Of a DNA stretch of 64,000 nucleotides, positions 27,222-36,166 are shown one piece after another. Within the stretch, counting starts at the first letter, position 1. Each line of letters starts with the position of its first letter. Made by a program: the position numbers and the translations under genes. The notes beneath the pieces are model-generated. The model saw only the letters and a list, made by a program, of their open reading frames with translations. It was not told where the DNA came from and searched no databases. Source of the stretch: Planctomycetota bacterium (GTDB lineage Bacteria > Planctomycetota > PUPC01 > DSUN01); the NCBI GenBank assembly GCA_035527715.1, contig DATKZY010000187.1, positions 49,388 through 113,387 of the forward strand, given 5' to 3'.

Positions 27222-28285
27222 AGCTCGCCGCGCGGCAGGCCGTGGCGTTCCTGGCGGTGCGCTCGCGGCTGTGGCCCGTCGTGCCGAAGGGCCGCGCCCT
27301 CGTGCTTCGCTACCACCGGGTCGCCCGTGCCGGCGCGCCGCCCGTGCCGCTCGCGGTGCCTGCGGCGGAGTTCGAGGCCCAGTTGCGCTTTCTCGCCGCG
27401 CGCGCTCACGCGATGACCGCGGGCGAGATCGCCGCCGCAGCGGCCGGCGGCCAGCCCTTGCCCCCCAACGCCGTCGCTATCACCTTCGACGACGGCTACG
27501 AGGACAACTGCTCGCAGGCCCTCCCGCTCCTCCAGCGCTACGGCCTGCGAGCCACCTTCTTCGTCACCGCAGGCTGGATCGGCACCGAGAACGTCCTGTG
27601 GTGGGACCGGCTCCACGACTACATCCGCCAGGCGGCGGCGCTGGCCGCGCGGCCCATAGACTACCAGGACCTCCCGAAGCCGCTGGTCGCCGCACTGGCG
27701 GCCGCGGACCTCCGCACCGGCGCCGGCGCCGCGCGGCTCGAGCGCGACCTCGCCGCGGCGCTCGGCGGCCTGGCCCTCACGCCCGAGGAGACCGATCTCC
27801 TCGTCGAGCGCGTCGCCTCCGCGCTGGGGTCCGACGTGGCCGACCCCGAGCCCTACCGCCCCATGACCTGGGACCAGGTGCGCGAACTGCACCAGGCGGG
27901 CATGGAGATCGGCTCGCACACCATGTCGCATGGCCGCCTGGTCCACGTGCCTGCCGAGCGCGCCTACGAGGAGCTGGAACGGTCAAAGCAGGCTATCGAG
28001 CGGGAGTTGGGTGCCCCCGTCTCGCTCCTCGCCTATCCTGCCGGGAGCCACAACCAGGACGTCGTGGACCTCGCGGTGGAGACGGGCTACGAGGCCGCCT
28101 TCACGACGGCCAGCGGCCCCGTGGCCCCGGGCGACGACCTGTTCCGCCTCCGCCGCATCGGCGTCTGGGCGGGCGGCTATCGTGGGGCGCTCAACAGCTT
28201 TTCTGATTCCGTCTTTGGCCTCCAGCTCGGACGCTTGGCGCGTCAGCCAAGCGGAAATCGGAAACCGGAAACCGGCAATGCCTAG
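27206..28285 (+). CDS. Polysaccharide deacetylase (NodB/CE4) family protein
   Basis: [19 protein letters not shown] and LAYPAGSHN are present. It starts at GTG 27206, overlapping the previous gene by 16 nt, so the start is uncertain. Confidence 0.75.
   Translation: MADVLKLAARQAVAFLAVRSRLWPVVPKGRALVLRYHRVARAGAPPVPLAVPAAEFEAQLRFLAARAHAMTAGEIAAAAAGGQPLPPNAVAITFDDGYEDNCSQALPLLQRYGLRATFFVTAGWIGTENVLWWDRLHDYIRQAAALAARPIDYQDLPKPLVAALAAADLRTGAGAARLERDLAAALGGLALTPEETDLLVERVASALGSDVADPEPYRPMTWDQVRELHQAGMEIGSHTMSHGRLVHVPAERAYEELERSKQAIERELGAPVSLLAYPAGSHNQDVVDLAVETGYEAAFTTASGPVAPGDDLFRLRRIGVWAGGYRGALNSFSDSVFGLQLGRLARQPSGNRKPETGNA
28251..28278. repeat. Heptanucleotide array GCGGAAA TCGGAAA CCGGAAA CCGGCAA ending exactly on the A of the ATG at 28278
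   Basis: Four units. It encodes the C-terminal tail ([11 protein letters not shown]) of the upstream gene and forms the immediate 5' context of the next start codon. Confidence 0.85.
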
Positions 28286-29261
28286 GGTCAGCGTGGTGAT
28301 CCCAGCGTTCAACGCCGAGCGGTATCTCCGCGAGACGCTGGAGTCGGTGCTGGCCCAGACGTACCGGGACTTCGAGGTGGTGGTGGTGGACGATGGGTCG
28401 TCGGACGGCACGGCGGAGCTGGCAGCCAGCTTTGGCGAGCCCGTGCGGTGCATCCGCCAGGCCAACGCCGGGCCGTCCGCCGCCCGCAACCGCGGCATTC
28501 GCGAGGCCCGGGGCGAGCTGATCGCCTTCGTGGATTCCGACGACCTGTGGCTGCCCGAGAAGCTGGCCGAGCAGGTGCCGCTCTTCGATGGTGGCACAGG
28601 CTTCCAGCCTGTGGGCCTCGTCTACTGCCACGCAGAGCGGGTGGACGCCGAGGGGCGGCCGCTGCCCACGGCGCAGGCGCCGAAGCCGGTCGGCCGGGTT
28701 CCCGGGGACTTCCTTTTCCGCAACCACTGCCCGACCTCGGCCGCAGTGATCCGCCGCGAGTGCTTCGAGCGGTGCGGCTACCTCCCCGAGGACATGATTT
28801 GGGCGGAGGACTGGCATCTGTGGCTGCGGATCGCCCGCCGCTACGAGTTCGCCGCCGTTCCGCGCGTCCTCGTGCGGCACCGCGTCCACTCGGGCGCGCT
28901 CACGAAGCACATTGAGAAGGCGTATCTGGGCGCACGCCGCGTGCTCGAGACGGCGCTGGAGCCGGGCGACCCGCCGGAGTTGCGCGCCGCGCGGCGAAGC
29001 GGCCTCCACCGCCTCGACCGCAACCAGGCCCTCAACCTGCTGGCTTTGGGCGAGACGCGCGCGGCCCGCCGCTGCTTCCGCCGGGCCATCGGCAACGGGC
29101 CGGGCGACCCGCACGTCTGGGCCGGCTGCGCCCTGAGCCTTCTCCCCGCGGCTCTGCGGAGGCCCCTGATGCGCGCGTGGAAGCGCCGCGTGCCCTGGGT
29201 GCCCTGGGGCCCCGACGGACGGGCCGAGGCCCGAAGGTGGATGGACAGTGCAGGCGATTAA
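28278..29261 (+). CDS. GT2-family glycosyltransferase (soluble type)
   Basis: [17 protein letters not shown]...[12 protein letters not shown]...[16 protein letters not shown]-ttcca-GCCTGTG hairpin is inserted in-frame at 28595..28613. Confidence 0.85.
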   Translation: MPRVSVVIPAFNAERYLRETLESVLAQTYRDFEVVVVDDGSSDGTAELAASFGEPVRCIRQANAGPSAARNRGIREARGELIAFVDSDDLWLPEKLAEQVPLFDGGTGFQPVGLVYCHAERVDAEGRPLPTAQAPKPVGRVPGDFLFRNHCPTSAAVIRRECFERCGYLPEDMIWAEDWHLWLRIARRYEFAAVPRVLVRHRVHSGALTKHIEKAYLGARRVLETALEPGDPPELRAARRSGLHRLDRNQALNLLALGETRAARRCFRRAIGNGPGDPHVWAGCALSLLPAALRRPLMRAWKRRVPWVPWGPDGRAEARRWMDSAGD

Positions 29262-30210
29262 GGACCTGGTCAAGAACACCTATGGTGGGGCGCTCTGGCA
29301 TACGGGCGCCCTGGCAGCTTGGCTGCGCCTGCGCCCCGGCCGCCGCTGGCCGTGGATCCTCAACTACCACCACATCGCCCCCGCGGCGTTCGAGGACCAC
29401 TTGCGCTGTCTCGTGCGCCGCTACCGCATCGTCCCCCTCGACGCCTGCATGGCGACGCTGAGCAGCGGCGAGCCGCTCCCAGACAATGCCGTGGCCATCA
29501 CGTTCGACGACGGCTATCAACAGGTCTACAACGAGCTGTTTCCCCTGCTGGCCAGGTACGAGGCGCCCGCCACAGTCTTCGTGCCCACGACGCCCGTGGA
29601 CACAGGGCAGCCGCTCTGGTTCAACCGCGTGAAGACCCTCGTCCGCACGACGACGGAGACCTCCTTACGCCTCGGCGACAAGGAGTTTCCCCTTGGGGGC
29701 GACCGCGAGGCGGCCTATGTGGCCGTGATGCGGCACCTCAATGCCCAAGGCATCTGCGCCCGCGACGCGATGCTGGCCGACTTGCTCGAAGGCGTGGACC
29801 TGCCGCCGGACAGGATGCTCCGCTACCAGCCCCTCACGTGGGACCAGATGCGGGCGATGCAGGGGCTGGTGACGATGGGCGGCCACACGCGGACGCATCC
29901 CTGGCTGAGCCGGCTGTCGCGCGCCGAGGCGGAGGATGAAATCCTGGGCTCGAAGGCGCGCCTCGAGGAGATGCTCGGCGCCCCCGTGCGCCATTTCGCC
30001 TACCCATTCGGCTCGCCCGACTCGTTCACGGACGAGACGGTGGAGGTCCTCAAGGCGGGCGGGTTCGTGAGCGCGGCGACGACGTGCCGCGGCCCGTGCA
30101 GGCCCGGCGTGTCGCCCTTCGCGCTGCCGCGCATCCTCTTCGATGGCAGTGTCGGAGGCAAGGTCGTCGCCGCCCGCCTCAGCGGCCTGTGGCTCTTCCT
30201 CTCCACGTGA
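29248..30210 (+). CDS. Polysaccharide deacetylase (NodB/CE4) family protein
   Basis: [18 protein letters not shown] and AYPFGSPD are present. It starts at GTG, overlapping the previous stop. Confidence 0.8.
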   Translation: MQAIKDLVKNTYGGALWHTGALAAWLRLRPGRRWPWILNYHHIAPAAFEDHLRCLVRRYRIVPLDACMATLSSGEPLPDNAVAITFDDGYQQVYNELFPLLARYEAPATVFVPTTPVDTGQPLWFNRVKTLVRTTTETSLRLGDKEFPLGGDREAAYVAVMRHLNAQGICARDAMLADLLEGVDLPPDRMLRYQPLTWDQMRAMQGLVTMGGHTRTHPWLSRLSRAEAEDEILGSKARLEEMLGAPVRHFAYPFGSPDSFTDETVEVLKAGGFVSAATTCRGPCRPGVSPFALPRILFDGSVGGKVVAARLSGLWLFLST

Positions 30211-30275
30211 GGCAGGGGGCCGAAACAAATGGTACAATACTCCAGTGAGGGAGTCCTGGCCTGGGAAGCGACCGG

Positions 30276-31163
30276 ATGAACCAGAAAGCGGCGGTTGTCG
30301 AGCACTTCGACCGGTTCGCAGCGGACGATCGTTGGTCGAGTCTCTACGACGAGATCCGGGATCCGTTGGCGGCCCACAGCTTCCTGATGCGCAAGCGGCG
30401 GGTCGAAGAGCTGTCCGAGCCGCTCGTGGGGCAGGGCTCGAAGGTGCTCGACGTCGGCTGCGGCACGGGCCTCAGCGCGCCCTTCTACATCGAGAAGGGC
30501 TGCCGCTACCAGGGCGTGGACATCGCGGCGAAGATGATCGAGCAGGCGCGGACCAAGGTATGTGGGCGGGGGCTCTGTCCCCCGAGAGAAGCAGGAGAAG
30601 AAGCGGGGCGCGGAGGCCCCGCCCACAACGGTACAGCCGTCTTCGCCATCGGCGACGTCGAGGCCGGCCTCGCCTTTCCCGACGGGCATTTCGACCTCGT
30701 CATCGGCCTCGGCCTGCTCGAGTACCTGGACCGGCTGGACGCGGCGCTCGACGAGATGGTGCGGGTGACACGGCCGGGCGGGAGTCTGATCCTCACGGTG
30801 CCGAATCGCAATTGTGTGAATTACTTCGCCACCCGCGCCCTCGGGCCAGTCGTGTCGAGCGCCTGGTGGCTCGTCAAGCGTCTGCTGCGGCGGCCCATCG
30901 AGAAGCACGGCGTCTATCATCGGCGGTTCACGGCGGCCCGATTCGCGCAGTGGCTCGCCGACCGCGGCTGCGCGAAGACCGGCCAGGCGTATTACAACCT
31001 GGAGGCGCTCTTCTACCCGCTCCACCGCATTTGCCCCAGGCTGGCCTACGCCCTCAAGCGCCGCGTCGAGCGCCGCCACGAGGGCTGGATGCACGTCCTT
31101 GCCACTGGCTACATCCTTCGCTGCCAGAAGGGTGGGGGAGAGGAGGGGGGCGCCGGTGCCTGA
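30276..31163 (+). CDS. Class I SAM-dependent methyltransferase carrying an in-frame compound palindromic insert
   Basis: VLDVGCGTGL is motif I and LILTVPNR is also present. An insert of about 68 nt at 30561..30628 (TGTGGGCGGGGGC...GCCCCGCCCACA) encodes VCGRGLCPPREAGEEAGRGGPAHNG between motifs. Confidence 0.8.
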   Translation: MNQKAAVVEHFDRFAADDRWSSLYDEIRDPLAAHSFLMRKRRVEELSEPLVGQGSKVLDVGCGTGLSAPFYIEKGCRYQGVDIAAKMIEQARTKVCGRGLCPPREAGEEAGRGGPAHNGTAVFAIGDVEAGLAFPDGHFDLVIGLGLLEYLDRLDAALDEMVRVTRPGGSLILTVPNRNCVNYFATRALGPVVSSAWWLVKRLLRRPIEKHGVYHRRFTAARFAQWLADRGCAKTGQAYYNLEALFYPLHRICPRLAYALKRRVERRHEGWMHVLATGYILRCQKGGGEEGGAGA

Positions 31164-32223
31164 CGAGCGCCAGCTCGGGCTGGAGACAGAGCAGCGGCAC
31201 AGCCTCCTCGGCAAGGTGCGCCGCGGGCTCGGGATGTGGTGGCGGGGCGAGGCATCGCTCCGCCGCGTCGTCAACGCCGGGCTGTGCAATCTCTCGCTCC
31301 GCTGGCGCCTCGGGCGCGTGCTCGGCAGGCCCTACTTCCTGATGATCGAGCCGACCAACGCCTGCAACCTCCGCTGCCCGCTGTGCCCCACGGGGCGAGG
31401 CACCCTCGGCCGCGAGACCGCGTTCCTGCCGCTCGACCTGTTCCGCCGGTGCATCGCCGAGCTGGGCCGCTGCCTCATCGAGGTCAACGTGTCCAACTAC
31501 GGCGAGCCGATGATGCACAAGGACCTGCCCGCGATGATCGCCTGCGCGAAGGGGGCCGGCGCCCGCGTGTCCATCGGCTCCAACGGACACTTCCTCAACG
31601 ACGGATCGGCGCGGCAGCTCATCGAGAGCGGCCTCGACCTCATTTACATCTCGTTCGACGGCCTCGACCAGGCGACGTATGAGAAGTACCGCGTCCGCGG
31701 CAGCTTCGGGAAGGTCGTCGCAGGCGTCAAGTCCCTCCTCGCGCAGCGGAAGGCCCTTGGCAGGACGAACCCCTTCGTCGAGCTTCAGTTCCTCGTGATG
31801 AAGCACAACGAGCAGCAGCTCGACGGCTTCCGCACGCTCGCCGACGAGTTGGGCGCCGACCGGCGGGTCATCAAGCCCGTGAGCTTCAACGTCGCCGACT
31901 GGGACGACCCGGCCACCCAGGCCGCCTTCGGCGAGTTCTGCCCCACCAACGAGCAGTTCCAGGTCTATCGGCGGGAGGGCGAGGCGTGGCGCTGGAAGCG
32001 GGCCGAGCTGGCCTTCTGCACGGCCCCGTGGCGCTCGCTCACGGTGCTGGCCGACGGCTCGATCGTGCCCTGCTGCCGCGACCCGCGCGGCCACTACACG
32101 ATGGGCAACGCGGCCGACGGCGTGCTGCGGGTGTGGAACAACGCGCGCTTCCGCGCCTTCCGCAAGGCCCTGGCGCGCCGGCGTGGCCAGATGCCCATCT
32201 GCAAGGTGTGCCCAGGCGAGTGA
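31156..32223 (+). CDS. Radical SAM protein with a C-terminal SPASM/twitch domain
   Basis: CNLRCPLCP is the CxxxCxxC motif. The C-terminal Cys cluster is CCRDPRGHY...CKVCPG. GGAGAGGAGGGGGG is a strong RBS before GTG 31156. It overlaps the upstream stop by 8 nt. Confidence 0.8.
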   Translation: MPDERQLGLETEQRHSLLGKVRRGLGMWWRGEASLRRVVNAGLCNLSLRWRLGRVLGRPYFLMIEPTNACNLRCPLCPTGRGTLGRETAFLPLDLFRRCIAELGRCLIEVNVSNYGEPMMHKDLPAMIACAKGAGARVSIGSNGHFLNDGSARQLIESGLDLIYISFDGLDQATYEKYRVRGSFGKVVAGVKSLLAQRKALGRTNPFVELQFLVMKHNEQQLDGFRTLADELGADRRVIKPVSFNVADWDDPATQAAFGEFCPTNEQFQVYRREGEAWRWKRAELAFCTAPWRSLTVLADGSIVPCCRDPRGHYTMGNAADGVLRVWNNARFRAFRKALARRRGQMPICKVCPGE

Positions 32224-32231
32224 GGACCGCG

Positions 32232-33173
32232 ATGGCCGAGCCGCAGATGCCCTTCGTTTCGGTCGTCGTCGCGGCCTACAACTCGCGCGACACGATGGCC
32301 CGCTGTATCGAGGCCCTCCAGGGGCTCGACTACCCGAGCTTCGAGATCATCGTGGTGGACAACGCTTCGACCGACGGTACGCGGGACATTGCGGCGCGCT
32401 ATCCGGTCACGGTGCTCGACGAGTCGCGCCGCGGCTGGCCCGCCGCCCGCAACCGCGCCTGGCACTGGTCGAAGGCGCCCTTCGTGGCGAACATTGACGC
32501 CGATTGCTTCGCCGAGCCGTCGTGGCTGCGCGAGCTGGTCGCCGCCCTCCTGGCCGACCCTGGGGCCGGCTGCGCCGTCGGCCGCACGAAGGTCGAGCCG
32601 GGGAAGACCCTCGCCGAGCAGCACTATGCGGCGTGCGACCCGTTCAACATCGAGAAGTACGTGCAAGGCACGGCGCGGGCCTTCGGGCGGGCCTGCCCCT
32701 GGGGCGGGGGGAACAACTGCTTTCGCCGCGAGGTGCTCGAGGCCGTGGGCGGCTACGACGCCGAAACCTACACCTCGGGCGCCGACCGCGAGTTCCACCG
32801 CCGCTTCGAGGAGGCCACGGGCCTCCGCACCGTCTACGCCCCCAAGGCCGTCATCTGGCACGCCGCGCGCGGCTCCGTGCGCGAGCTGTTCCGCAACGCC
32901 GCGAAGTACGCCTCCGACGCCGTCCTCCACGCCCGGTTCGACCCCGGCGTGCGCGACCACCTGCGCGGCTTCGTCCGCCGCAACCTTGGCTTCATCGCCC
33001 GCAACGCCGCGGGCCTCGTGTGGCGGGCCGCGAAGTTCCTGATCGGGCGCGAGACGCGGCTGGGCGTATCACGCCCCTTCTTCTATAGCGTGCAGGAGTC
33101 GGGCTCGATCTGGGGCTATCTCAAGGGCCGGCGCCGCGTCAGGAGGATGCAGAGGAACCTCCCGCAGGTTTGA
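32232..33173 (+). CDS. GT2-family glycosyltransferase
   Basis: VSVVVAAYNS...IIVVDNASTDGT...DADCF. The stop codon TGA forms the loop of a perfect 13-bp hairpin. Confidence 0.8.
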   Translation: MAEPQMPFVSVVVAAYNSRDTMARCIEALQGLDYPSFEIIVVDNASTDGTRDIAARYPVTVLDESRRGWPAARNRAWHWSKAPFVANIDADCFAEPSWLRELVAALLADPGAGCAVGRTKVEPGKTLAEQHYAACDPFNIEKYVQGTARAFGRACPWGGGNNCFRREVLEAVGGYDAETYTSGADREFHRRFEEATGLRTVYAPKAVIWHAARGSVRELFRNAAKYASDAVLHARFDPGVRDHLRGFVRRNLGFIARNAAGLVWRAAKFLIGRETRLGVSRPFFYSVQESGSIWGYLKGRRRVRRMQRNLPQV

Positions 33174-33186
33174 AACCTGCGGGAGG
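33158..33186. repeat. Palindromic element family B: 29-nt perfect hairpin CCTCCCGCAGGTT-tga-AACCTGCGGGAGG whose loop is the stop codon of the GT2 gene
   Basis: A 13-bp perfect stem. A second copy at 61262..61290 has a compensatory base-pair change. There is no U-tract, so it is not a classical intrinsic terminator. Confidence 0.75.
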
Positions 33187-33208
33187 CTGAGACAAGGGGT
33201 GAGCCAAC

Positions 33209-34420
33209 ATGCCGGACGCGCCCGCAGTCGTCCTGTATATGAGCTATCTCGGCCTCGGGCTCGTGCGGGCCTTGGGGCGCGAGGGCGTGCGCGTCTTCGC
33301 CCTCGACCCGCACCCCGACGCCTTGGGCATGAACTCCCGCTACTGCCAGCCCGTCGTCACCCCCGACATCAAGCAGGACGAGGCGCGCTACCTGGAGTTC
33401 CTGCTGGACTTCGGCCGCCGCCTGCCCGCGAAGGCCGTGCTCTATCCCACCGGCGATCCGACGGTGGTGCTCCTGTCGCGCGAGCGTGAGGTCCTGTCGC
33501 AGTACTACCATTTCGTCATGCCGGACCACGCGACCGTGCTGAAGCTGCTGACGAAGGACGGGCTGGACGCCGTGGCCCGCGAGCACGGCATCCCGGCCCC
33601 CCGCACGGCCATCCCCGCCGACCGCGCGGCGGTGGAGGCCGCGGCGCGCGACCTCCAGTTCCCCGTCCTTCTCAAGCCCGCGGAGAGCCACGCCTGGAAG
33701 GCGAAGGCCATCGTGGACCTCATTGGCGTCGGCACCAAGGTCATCCCGTGCTCCAGTCCAGAGGAGTTGCTCGTCCAGTACGACCGCATCGCCGCCCACA
33801 ACCCCAACGTGATTGTCCAGGAACTCGTCCCCGGCGAGGACGAGCGGCTGGTGTACTTCTGCTTCTACGTCGGGCGGGACGGCGAGCCACTGGGCGTCTT
33901 CGCGGGGCGGAAGCGCCGCGTGCTGCCGCCCGGCCTCGGCTCGGCCAGCTTCGCCGAGACCATGGCCGACCCCGCGCTCACCGACGTGGCGCTGCGGCTC
34001 CTCCGCGCCGTGGACTATCGCGGACTCGGCGGCGTCGAGTTCAAGCTCGACCCGCGCGACAATACGTACAAGCTCATCGAGTTCAACGTGCGGTTCGGCC
34101 TCTGGGACGCGTTGGGCGCCCGCTGCGGGGTGAACCTGGCGCACCTCGCCTGGCGCGATGCGCTCGGGCTGCCCGTCGAGCCGCAGGTCCGCTGCCGCAC
34201 GGGCGTCAAGTGGGTCTCGATGCAGCGCGACCTGTCGGCATTCCGGCTCTACCGTCGCCAGGGCAAGCTGACCACGTGGCGCTGGCTCCGCTCGCTCGCC
34301 GGCGAGAAGATGTGGGCCGTCCTGGCGTGGGACGACCTGGCCCCGTTCTTGTCGAGCGCCCCAGGCTACGTGTGGGGACTCCTCGCGCCGCGGCTGGGAA
34401 TCGGGCGGGGCAGGGTGTAG
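33209..34420 (+). CDS. ATP-grasp domain protein (carbamoyl-phosphate-synthase/D-Ala-D-Ala-ligase-like fold)
   Basis: 403 aa. The patterns VLLKPAESHAWKAK...VIVQELVPGED...GVEFKLDPRDNTYKLIEFNVRFG resemble the ATP-grasp B and C subdomains. Confidence 0.7.
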   Translation: MPDAPAVVLYMSYLGLGLVRALGREGVRVFALDPHPDALGMNSRYCQPVVTPDIKQDEARYLEFLLDFGRRLPAKAVLYPTGDPTVVLLSREREVLSQYYHFVMPDHATVLKLLTKDGLDAVAREHGIPAPRTAIPADRAAVEAAARDLQFPVLLKPAESHAWKAKAIVDLIGVGTKVIPCSSPEELLVQYDRIAAHNPNVIVQELVPGEDERLVYFCFYVGRDGEPLGVFAGRKRRVLPPGLGSASFAETMADPALTDVALRLLRAVDYRGLGGVEFKLDPRDNTYKLIEFNVRFGLWDALGARCGVNLAHLAWRDALGLPVEPQVRCRTGVKWVSMQRDLSAFRLYRRQGKLTTWRWLRSLAGEKMWAVLAWDDLAPFLSSAPGYVWGLLAPRLGIGRGRV

Positions 34421-34434
34421 AATGGGAGAAGGCA

Positions 34435-34560
34435 GTGCGAAATGTAAAATGCAAAAGGCAAAGTGCAAAATCCAGAACACACCTGGGGCTAGGGGAGTAA
34501 GCGACATCGGGGCTCACCATTTTGCCTTTTGCACTTTGCCTTCTGCATTTTGCATTGGGA
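34435..34560. promoter_or_regulatory. AT-rich long imperfect inverted repeat immediately upstream of the B12-radical-SAM gene. It could be an operator/promoter or an RNA hairpin.
   Basis: The arms are gtgcgaaatgtaaaatgcaaaaggcaaagtgcaaaatcc and cattttgccttttgcactttgccttctgcattttgcattggga, separated by about 45 nt. It is the only strongly AT-rich patch in a 70% GC locus. Confidence 0.4.
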
Positions 34561-34570
34561 TTTCTCCGCG

Positions 34571-35953
34571 ATGAAGGTTGCGCTGATCCAGCCGCCAATG
34601 GATTCGGACTACCCGCCGCTGAGCCTCGGCTCGCTGGCGGCGTATCTGGCGTCGAAGGGGCACACGCCGCGCGTCTTCGACCTCCAGGTGCCGGCGCAGC
34701 GGGCCGAATGGCCGCGGGCGTTGGCGGAGTTCGCGCCCCAGCTCGTCGGCGTCACGGCGATGACCCCCACCATCGCCGCCGCGGCCGAGGTCGGTCGCAC
34801 CTGCAAGCAGGCCCTCCCCGACGCCACACTCGTCCTCGGCGGCTATCACGTGAGCTTCCTGCCCGAGGAGACGATGCGGCGCTACCCTGCCTTCGACGTG
34901 GGGGTGATCGGCGAGGGCGAGGTGACGCTGCACGAGCTGGTCGAGGCACTGGACGCGGGCCGCGAGTTGGACCAGGTGAGCGGGCTGATCCTCCGCCGTG
35001 GCGACGGCCTGGTGACGACCCCGCCGCGCGCGCGCATCCAGGACCTGGACGCCCTGCCCTGGCCCCACGAGCACTACGACCTCGGCCACTACCTGTGGTA
35101 CGGCGGCTACACGGGGCGCTGGACGTTCAAGTGCGCGAGCGCCATCGTCTCGCGCGGCTGCCCGTTTCGCTGCCGCTTTTGCGCCTCGCAGCGCTTCTGG
35201 TCGAAGCGTTACCTCGTCGGCTCGCCCGAGCACGTGGTGGACGAGATGCGGTGGCTGGCCCGCCACGGCGCGCGGAGCGTGTACTTCCGCGACAGCACGT
35301 TCAACGTCAAGAGGAAATGGCTCCGCGAGTTCTGCGCGGCGAAGCGGCGGGCGGGCCTCCGCATGCGCTGGCTGTGCAACAGCCGCGTGGACACGCTGGA
35401 CGAGGAGCAGCTCACGCTGATGGCCGAGGCGGGCCTCGAGGCCCTCTACTTCGGCGTCGAGAGCGGCAGCCAGCGCATCCTCGATTACTACAACAAAGGC
35501 GTCACCGTCGAGCAGACCCGCGAGGCATTCCGCCTCTGCCACAAGTACCGCGTCGCCACGGCGGCCTACTTCATGATCGGCGCGCCCATCGAGACGCGGG
35601 CCGACATCGAGGAGAGCCGCAAGCTCGCCCGCGAGCTGCGGGCGAAGTACACCTACTGGTTCATCTACACGCCGCTGCCGGGCGCCCCGCTTTACGACGA
35701 CTTCGTCGAGCGGGGCTACAAGCCCGACTTCGAGCACTTCGTCTTCAGCCGTGCGACGATTCCCGTGGGCGACCTGGCCCCCGAGGAGCTGGAGGCCCTC
35801 CACCACCAGCTCGTCGCCGAGTTCCGCCGCAAGACCACGCGGGGCGATGTCTGGCGGCGACGCTGGGAGATTCTCCGGTCCGTCCGCTCCTGGCGCGACG
35901 TGCGCCACCTGGGCCGCAAGCTCGCGCGGCGAATGGGGCTAGGTGGCCAGTAG
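34571..35953 (+). CDS. B12-binding domain radical SAM protein (class B radical SAM)
   Basis: The N-terminal B12-binding-like region is MKVALIQPP...VGVTAMT. SRGCPFRCRFC is the CxxxCxxC motif. The track ORF start at 34529 lies inside the AT-rich repeat, so the ATG at 34571 is preferred. Confidence 0.85.
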   Translation: MKVALIQPPMDSDYPPLSLGSLAAYLASKGHTPRVFDLQVPAQRAEWPRALAEFAPQLVGVTAMTPTIAAAAEVGRTCKQALPDATLVLGGYHVSFLPEETMRRYPAFDVGVIGEGEVTLHELVEALDAGRELDQVSGLILRRGDGLVTTPPRARIQDLDALPWPHEHYDLGHYLWYGGYTGRWTFKCASAIVSRGCPFRCRFCASQRFWSKRYLVGSPEHVVDEMRWLARHGARSVYFRDSTFNVKRKWLREFCAAKRRAGLRMRWLCNSRVDTLDEEQLTLMAEAGLEALYFGVESGSQRILDYYNKGVTVEQTREAFRLCHKYRVATAAYFMIGAPIETRADIEESRKLARELRAKYTYWFIYTPLPGAPLYDDFVERGYKPDFEHFVFSRATIPVGDLAPEELEALHHQLVAEFRRKTTRGDVWRRRWEILRSVRSWRDVRHLGRKLARRMGLGGQ

Positions 35954-36166
35954 TGGGCAAGTCAAGATGCTCACCCCCTCCCGTCCGGAGTGGTCTGAGC
36001 GCCTTGACTCAGCTCCACAACGAGGGTTCAGGAGAGCCACATGTCATTGCTGTGTATATGGTTGTGGCTCCGTCCGCGGCGCCGGTCGTCGGCCCGCCAA
36101 GATGTTCACCCCCTATTGCGCGCGCGTGAGCATCTTGAACACCTTGAGTTCGAGGTCTGACCCCGA

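Noticed and set aside
35954-36166. Cobalamin riboswitch upstream of the second B12-radical SAM gene
   Set aside because: No B12-box (…GCCACTG…) or the conserved AGYCMGgAgaCCkGCCd-like core could be found by eye. The region is kept only as a low-interest structured spacer.
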